From the NCBI GenBank assembly GCA_010405405.1, contig MU004231.1, forward strand, positions 3,832,884 through 3,896,883: DNA of 64,000 bases, in the 5' to 3' direction. Each line of letters opens with the position of its first letter. Within the stretch, counting starts at the first letter, position 1. Both the position numbers and the translations under genes were made by a program. This DNA comes from Microthyrium microscopicum (taxonomy: Eukaryota). This document shows, one piece after another, positions 58,274-64,000 of the stretch. The notes below the pieces were generated by a model. It was given only the letters and a program-made list of their open reading frames with translations. It did no database searches and was not told the origin of the DNA.

Positions 58274-60365
58274 TCACCGAGAAATTGATAATAGTGTTTT
58301 GAAGTAAGGGAACTCACCATATGTGTATATGTTTCTTCCCCATCGATAAATAGCCTGAACTTTAGAATCGACTGATCGCTGTTGGGCTGAGAAGAAATTT
58401 CTAAAGCGCCAAATTTGGAGTTGCCATGAGGAGTGTAGCTGTATCCTGTTAGCCTACTTCAAGTCATCATGAGCACCACTTACTTGATCTGTTGATCTTC
58501 CTGATCCTTCTGCTTGTACGTGTACGTAGGAGTGTAGAACATGTTCAACGGGCTGACCGCGAATTCGCTCACTTCGCCTGGTAAGGTTCCCGATTCGTCC
58601 ACCAGCCGTGTTACTGCAGCTTCATGTCGGTCTCCGCTAATAATGGTCATACCGACACCTTGAGCTAGACTCGCCGCCCACATGGCCTCAAGAATAATAC
58701 GCCGCTCCGCGAGGTATTTGCCCCACGTATCGTTGTCGCCGAAACGCCAGTTCTTGGTGAAAGGGACACTAGATACGATGACTTTCCACTTGACTCCTGC
58801 TGGAGGTTCTGCGCGGATCCAATCGAGTAAATACTCAAGCTGCGTTTGGCCCAGCATACTCTTCGCCGGATCCAGTGCATCATTGCTCTCAGGTGTTCGA
58901 TAACGGCGTGTCTCAAGCATGAAGACGGACACGGGACCTTGCGTGAACTGGAAGTAGCTCTCCCCGTCTTGAACTGCAGGCGGATTGACGGCTGCCTGGT
59001 AATGAGTCCAAGGATCAACCGCTGCAGACCAGATGCCAGTTGTGTTCTTATCCCAGTCATTAGCAATTTCGTGATCATCGATTACATGTCTAGATGTATG
59101 TTAGCTCCAAGTCACATGGTACTCTAGGTGGTGAACAACTAGATGAGAGCCAGCCAACTTAAAGTCGAGGCATCTAATGTTTAGGAGTTGAGCATATTTA
59201 ACTTACAGCCAGGGTAGCTCCGCGGTGGCCCGCTGCCAATCGGGGCTTGCGTAGACGCGACGATACTCTGATCGATATGTTTCGATGTCATTACCAAAAC
59301 GGTGAGGAACGTCAATGTAGATAAAGTCCCCCATGAAAAGCATGAATTGCGCTTTAAGGGAAGGGACGAGCTTGCCTAGCTGCTTAAGGCCTTGAATGTG
59401 AAGTGGATGATCAAATGGGTTGTAGGGGACGCGAGCTTTCAAGCAGCTGGTAAAGACAAATGTGAAAGTCCCGTCGTTGGTTGTCGTAGGGTGGCCTGGT
59501 AGCGGCGCAGTTCTAAAGAAGCCAGTTTGATTATTGGACCAGGTATACTGATAGCGAGTATTAGGTGAGAGTTGAGGTATTGTCACAGCTGCTGTGTAGT
59601 CTGTGTCGAGACTGAGGTCGTTGATCTGAGAAGAGTGTTTCCACGCAGTGTCCGGCTTGAGCCAGGCGCTCGATTCGACCGCCTTGTCGGCAAGTCGATA
59701 CGAAAGGAACAGTGGTAACTGTTCAACACGAGGCTCTCGAACGAGGACTTTGGCGCTGTCGTATGAAACGAATCCGACTCGAGAGAAGACCAGGTCATGT
59801 TCTTCATAGAGAAGTGGTCCACGATATACCATGTCAAGTGTCATGCAGATGAGAGCGAGATTGATTCCAGATGTTATCATGCTCCAGAGCAACGACACGG
59901 GGCTTGGAATGCCTAGCAAGAGGGCCTTCAATCGATGCGGCGATTTTTGCGCCAGAGTTATGGTTTCGGTGACATCAATCTCCTCCAACGGGGCTTCCTC
60001 GGCCCCCTCTAACAAACTGTTGTCCTCCTCGCTCTCATAGCCTTGGCTGACAGTCTCTCGTGTTATGATATCCAGCTCGTCAGAGATGATCTCAAAAGGG
60101 GAGGTTGTCAAGAAGCTGCGGAAGAAGGCAGTGTAGTATATGGCGCTCAAAGTAAGAATTATTGATGGGAAAACCTAATAGTTCGGTCAGATCTTGGTGA
60201 TATTCTAGTCCTGGGTCTGGCTTACATGGCCCGGAACCTACAAACAATGTTAGATATCGATCGAAATTTGTTCAGATTTGTTCTTACCCAGCGAAGGAAG
60301 ATATAAGAGAAAAGTCTCAGGAGAGTGGAAGCCACTCCGGCAACGACATCAGATGTGCGCGGCAT
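58274..60365 (-). CDS. PhoD-like alkaline phosphatase D family metallophosphatase, membrane-anchored, multi-exon
   Basis: ATG at 60365 with two tiny 5' exons. FVFTSC, FMLFMGDFIYIDVP, HVIDDHEIANDWD, FMLETRRYR, MLGQTQL, WKVIVSSVP, DTWGKY, ISGDRH and EFAVSPL. The 3' end is approximate. Confidence 0.88.
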
Positions 60366-60852
60366 AGTGGCCAATTATATGGTGCTTGTTTTGATTGTTG
60401 CGATCGCAAGTACCAAGATTGCTGATCGTTGTTGTTTAAAGAGATTGTACCGCAGCGACCGCGCGAGAGTTAAAGCAGATGTCGTAGGAGCCAGTTGCTC
60501 AATAATAATCCAGTGGCTCTACCTTTTAGTACAAGAAATCCAAGAGAGAGAATATTGACAGAATGAATATAGATGACGTTGGGAGAGGTGGTGTAGCTTG
60601 GTCCGTGCTTGCCTATTCTGGTGGTGCTTGTCGCTCTTCTTTCTTCTCCAAATCCACATGTCTCTCTTTCCTCAACAGCTCCCTATACATCTCAACTTAT
60701 CAAATACATCCAGCCAGTCTTTCATACATACAGTGAACCGACTCAGCTATTTCATTGCCGCCTTTATTGCCCCCGGATAGTCCTGCTCATAGCACGCCAC
60801 TACCTCCGAACTTGCCGCACCAAACCTTCAACTCCCCTCATTACAACGCAAC

Positions 60853-61676
60853 ATGGCTTCACCACAGAATCAGGATCCCTTCCTACAGGTCCAGGCGTAT
60901 GTTGCACTGCTTGATTCATCGATCTCGAAGCTAAAGTGATTCGCAGCGATGTTTTATCACTCCTCAACCAGTCCCGTCCACTCTTCTCGTCCTATCTTCG
61001 AATTAGATCTTCCGCATCCTCGGCTGCATCGCCCGAGCTTGTGGAAGCAAGATCCGAGCTAGAAAGCGTGCTTCGAGACTTGCAAGCAGATCTAGAAGAC
61101 CTGGTTGAGAGTGTGTCAATTGTCGAATCGGATCCCTATTCCTTTGGCCTGGAAATCGATGAGGTACAACGAAGACGCCAGCTGGTGGCCGAAGTTGGTA
61201 GGGAGGTAGAAAAGATGCAGGAAGAACTCCACAAGACGGTTCTTAACGCTCAGACTAAGGCCAAAGCCGCCATGCACTCTCTTCCGGATCCGGACACATT
61301 TGATGACGATGACGACTACGCGGCAGCTTTTGAAGGTCAACGGCAACAGGAGGTTATGCAAGAGCAAGATGAGGTTCTAGACGATGTATTTGGTACGGTC
61401 ACGACCTTGAAGCATCAGGCTGGAGCTATGGGACAAGAATTGGAAGAGCAGCATCAGCTCCTTGAGGAGGTCGATGTAATAGCCGACAGAGTTGATGGTA
61501 AAATACAATCTGGACTCAAACGATTAGGCTGGGTAATAAAGCAAAACGAAGGTATGTTAGCAGAAAGCAACCCTCGCGGATTCCTGACTGACCATTCAGA
61601 CACCTGGTCCAGCTGCTGCATTGCCTTGTTGATAGTTGTACTCATTGTACTCCTACTCATCCTTGTGCTTATATAA
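60853..61676 (+). CDS. tlg1: Qc-SNARE Tlg1/syntaxin-6
   Basis: N-terminal DPFLQVQ.DV, Habc-like DLEDLVESVSIVESDPYSFGL...EVQRRR, SNARE motif EQDEVLD...QAGAMGQELEEQ, and C-terminal SSCCIALLIVVLIVLLLILVLI TM. Two introns. Confidence 0.9.
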
Positions 61677-63209
61677 CACTCGCCAATCTCAATAGTCCGC
61701 TATCTACTGGCTTCTGGATGTCCAGAATATCGACTACTAGGCAAAAGGCTACCGTTATTCCCTCGATAATCGCAGAACGAATTCATGCCATGGCTACTTT
61801 ACATGTGGTCAACGACTGAACTCATATCGAGTCACCACATGAGGACCAGGATACAGTTCCTCGTGACCAGCGATGTCTACTCTGACGACACTCTCCATGA
61901 ACCTCTTCTTAAATGCACCTAGACGGAATAGTATCGCTCTCTTGTTGCACTTCATGGCTCCCATCGCATACGATTGTTACCATCACAACCGATGGGTTTC
62001 GTGGCAGGAAGCCAACATCCGCGCTTTTTTCACATTTTTAGTGTCTATCTAGCCGCGGAAATGTACTATCATCTATAGCTCACATTGTACTTCACCCTAA
62101 TCATCAAAATCCATCACCCGGGTCCAGGAAGGTTCACCTCAAGACGAAACCGAAATGATCGATACCATTGGACTGCTTGAACATAAATACCTACGGCTTC
62201 GGTAAAACAAACTCTTATATGAGCCTGACATACCTCGAACCAGAAGCTTGGCCATCTCCAAGAGCCATTATCAGCTACAGTTCTTTGTCTTGGTATGGCA
62301 AATGGAACAGGTTAGGCTCAGGTCCAGGACCAAATGTCCTTACACAGGGACCAAATAGGCCGTATTCTGCCACCAGATTCGCCACCAATCTATTCACAAC
62401 CCAATTTCTTAGTTTAGCATCAAGTATTTCAAAGATGGTGTACTTGAATCCTGGCTTCTTAGTGTTGAGAGGGGCAAAAGGGTAAAAAGTGGTTTCTGAT
62501 GCGTTTCGTGCCTCAGCCTCGCACAGGTCAACAAAAGACATACACCACCGGCTGCTCAGGGTCTCAATCTTCCCCTAGTCACTTTACCACAGGGCATGAG
62601 AACTCCAATCCTACTCTTGAATCGATTTCAAACTCTTGTTGAAGGATTGATACAATGAAGGTCACACCAATTGTAACAACGAAAATAATGCATCGATTGG
62701 TCTAGTGACAACAGTATCAGAAAAGACCACGACTTTTACTACATAGTGATGATGTTCATATTCTGATGGGTTTTGATTTCAGATTCAATTGGCCCTAACA
62801 AGCTCTAGAGCAGTTTTCCAGGTACATCTCGCCAGCCTTATGCCGTGCCCGTATTGCGCCCTCGAATTCCATTTAGCTCACATCAATGGCTGGCCACTCA
62901 TTTTCGTCACTTCAGATAAATACCGTGAAAATGCAAATGTGTACAGGGCCTAGCTGCTTTTCAATGACCAGAATGCAAACAAAAGTATCTTCCCCGCCTT
63001 TGTTTTTGTCATCTCCAGGTATCTATATCCAGTCTGAGCTTTTGACCAACACCGAGCCGACAATAATTGATAATGTGCAAGACATCTTCTTTGCATGTTC
63101 TTCTTTTGGTTTTATGAGTTGCTGTTTCTTGTTCCGTTTGTCTTACGGACCCTGGCTGAAAGAACGAAACGGTCAATGGCATTTTTTCTTCTGCGTCCTT
63201 TGAGTAGAA

Positions 63210-64000
63210 ATGTTTCGTTTCGGCGACTTCAGATCTGCTAGAAACCGTTTCTCAGTCAACACGTTTATCGAAGCTCGAGAGAGAAAGACTCTCTCGCTTG
63301 GAATCACTCTTTCCCTTCATCTTCTGCTGTGGCTATCCACTTGCGGTTTGATATTGTCTGGATACACCATTGCTGCGCCGGTGGATGGAACCTTAGTACC
63401 ATCTGCTATTCTAGTAATACTAGCGGTAAGGTGCACTAGAACGGTCTTCAAGCTTGGGCTAACTGTACCAGTCTATATGTTCTATCGTTTACGTTGTCTT
63501 GCATCACATTTTCGCTCGACGACGGTACATTACCATCGAATATGGCGAGCAGCCGGACAGTCCACTTAGACAGCCTCGATATATTGTAGCTCGACTTGGG
63601 GGATTAATAACTCTACTTTGGCTTTGTTCGACAGGCTGGGGTATAATTGTTGCCGCGAGACGACCAGTCTGTTTAAACAACCATGTAGGCACGCCGCCAT
63701 CATGGCAAGCCGGTCTACCGTGCAGATGTCATAGGGGAGCAACTGCAATTTCCATGCTTCTACTGTTAGTTTGTACCTTTTCAAATGACTTCTTGGGTAC
63801 TAATAGTCGATAGTGTGGTTTCCTGCGTACTATTCGTCTTGATGCAATGGGATGCTAGTCCATTCGACAGCCATCTCCTAGGCCATTTCAGCGTTGCGGA
63901 CATGCAAGCTAATGATACTGCCTCTGTATCATCGGATCCTAAAGATGAGCTGGGAGCTCCCATGATCCGCGATATATCACTTCCTCTACCAAAGGACCTT
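63210..64000 (+). CDS. Multi-pass membrane hypothetical protein, truncated by the window end
   Basis: ATG at 63210. Hydrophobic segments in ORFs 63210..63569 and 63499..63813 are linked by a GTAAGG...CTAAC...CAG intron near 63426-63470. A second intron lies near 63765-63813. Confidence 0.6.

Noticed and set aside
62168..62541. Opposing ~90-105 aa ORFs between tlg1 and the last gene
   Set aside because: No motif, non-ATG starts and flanking stops; at most an unidentifiable relic.
1..64000. Starship/giant element, secondary-metabolite backbone gene, tRNA or rRNA
   Set aside because: No tyrosine-recombinase captain, PKS/NRPS/terpene synthase, or recognisable structural RNA was seen; most genes look like core housekeeping genes.

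Overview
Eukaryotic genomic DNA from a filamentous ascomycete (Pezizomycotina). The evidence is short GT-AG introns with CTRAY branch sites, fungal gene families, and two AT-rich elements bearing a repeat-induced point mutation (RIP) signature. About 24 protein-coding genes can be supported. Recognisable products include 3-methylcrotonyl-CoA carboxylase alpha, a GFA/Mss4-like protein, a DHA1 MFS transporter, DNA polymerase eta, SdhC, a METTL25-like methyltransferase, exopolyphosphatase, a PhoD-like phosphatase and Tlg1/syntaxin-6. Main points of interest: (1) a compact three-gene cluster at 19.4-25.0 kb that appears to encode the whole protocatechuate-to-beta-ketoadipate ring-cleavage branch (PrcA-like dioxygenase, 3-carboxymuconate cyclase, two-domain lactone hydrolase), with a CGG-rich divergent promoter and an embedded 19-bp minisatellite; (2) a 3320-bp RIP-degraded DD34E Tc1/mariner element with 77-bp TIRs, an intron-containing transposase and a second convergent degraded ORF; (3) a 487-bp MITE with perfect 71-bp TIRs around a RIP-like interior; (4) two large 'hypothetical' proteins that by eye resemble animal small-GTPase signalling architectures (RasGAP plus VPS9 as in GAPVD1/RME-6; RA plus PH as in RIAM/lamellipodin/Grb7); (5) an orphan HeLo-domain protein and an atypical SdhC. 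Family assignments come from motif recognition by eye, not database searches. No rRNA, tRNA or CRISPR array was seen.
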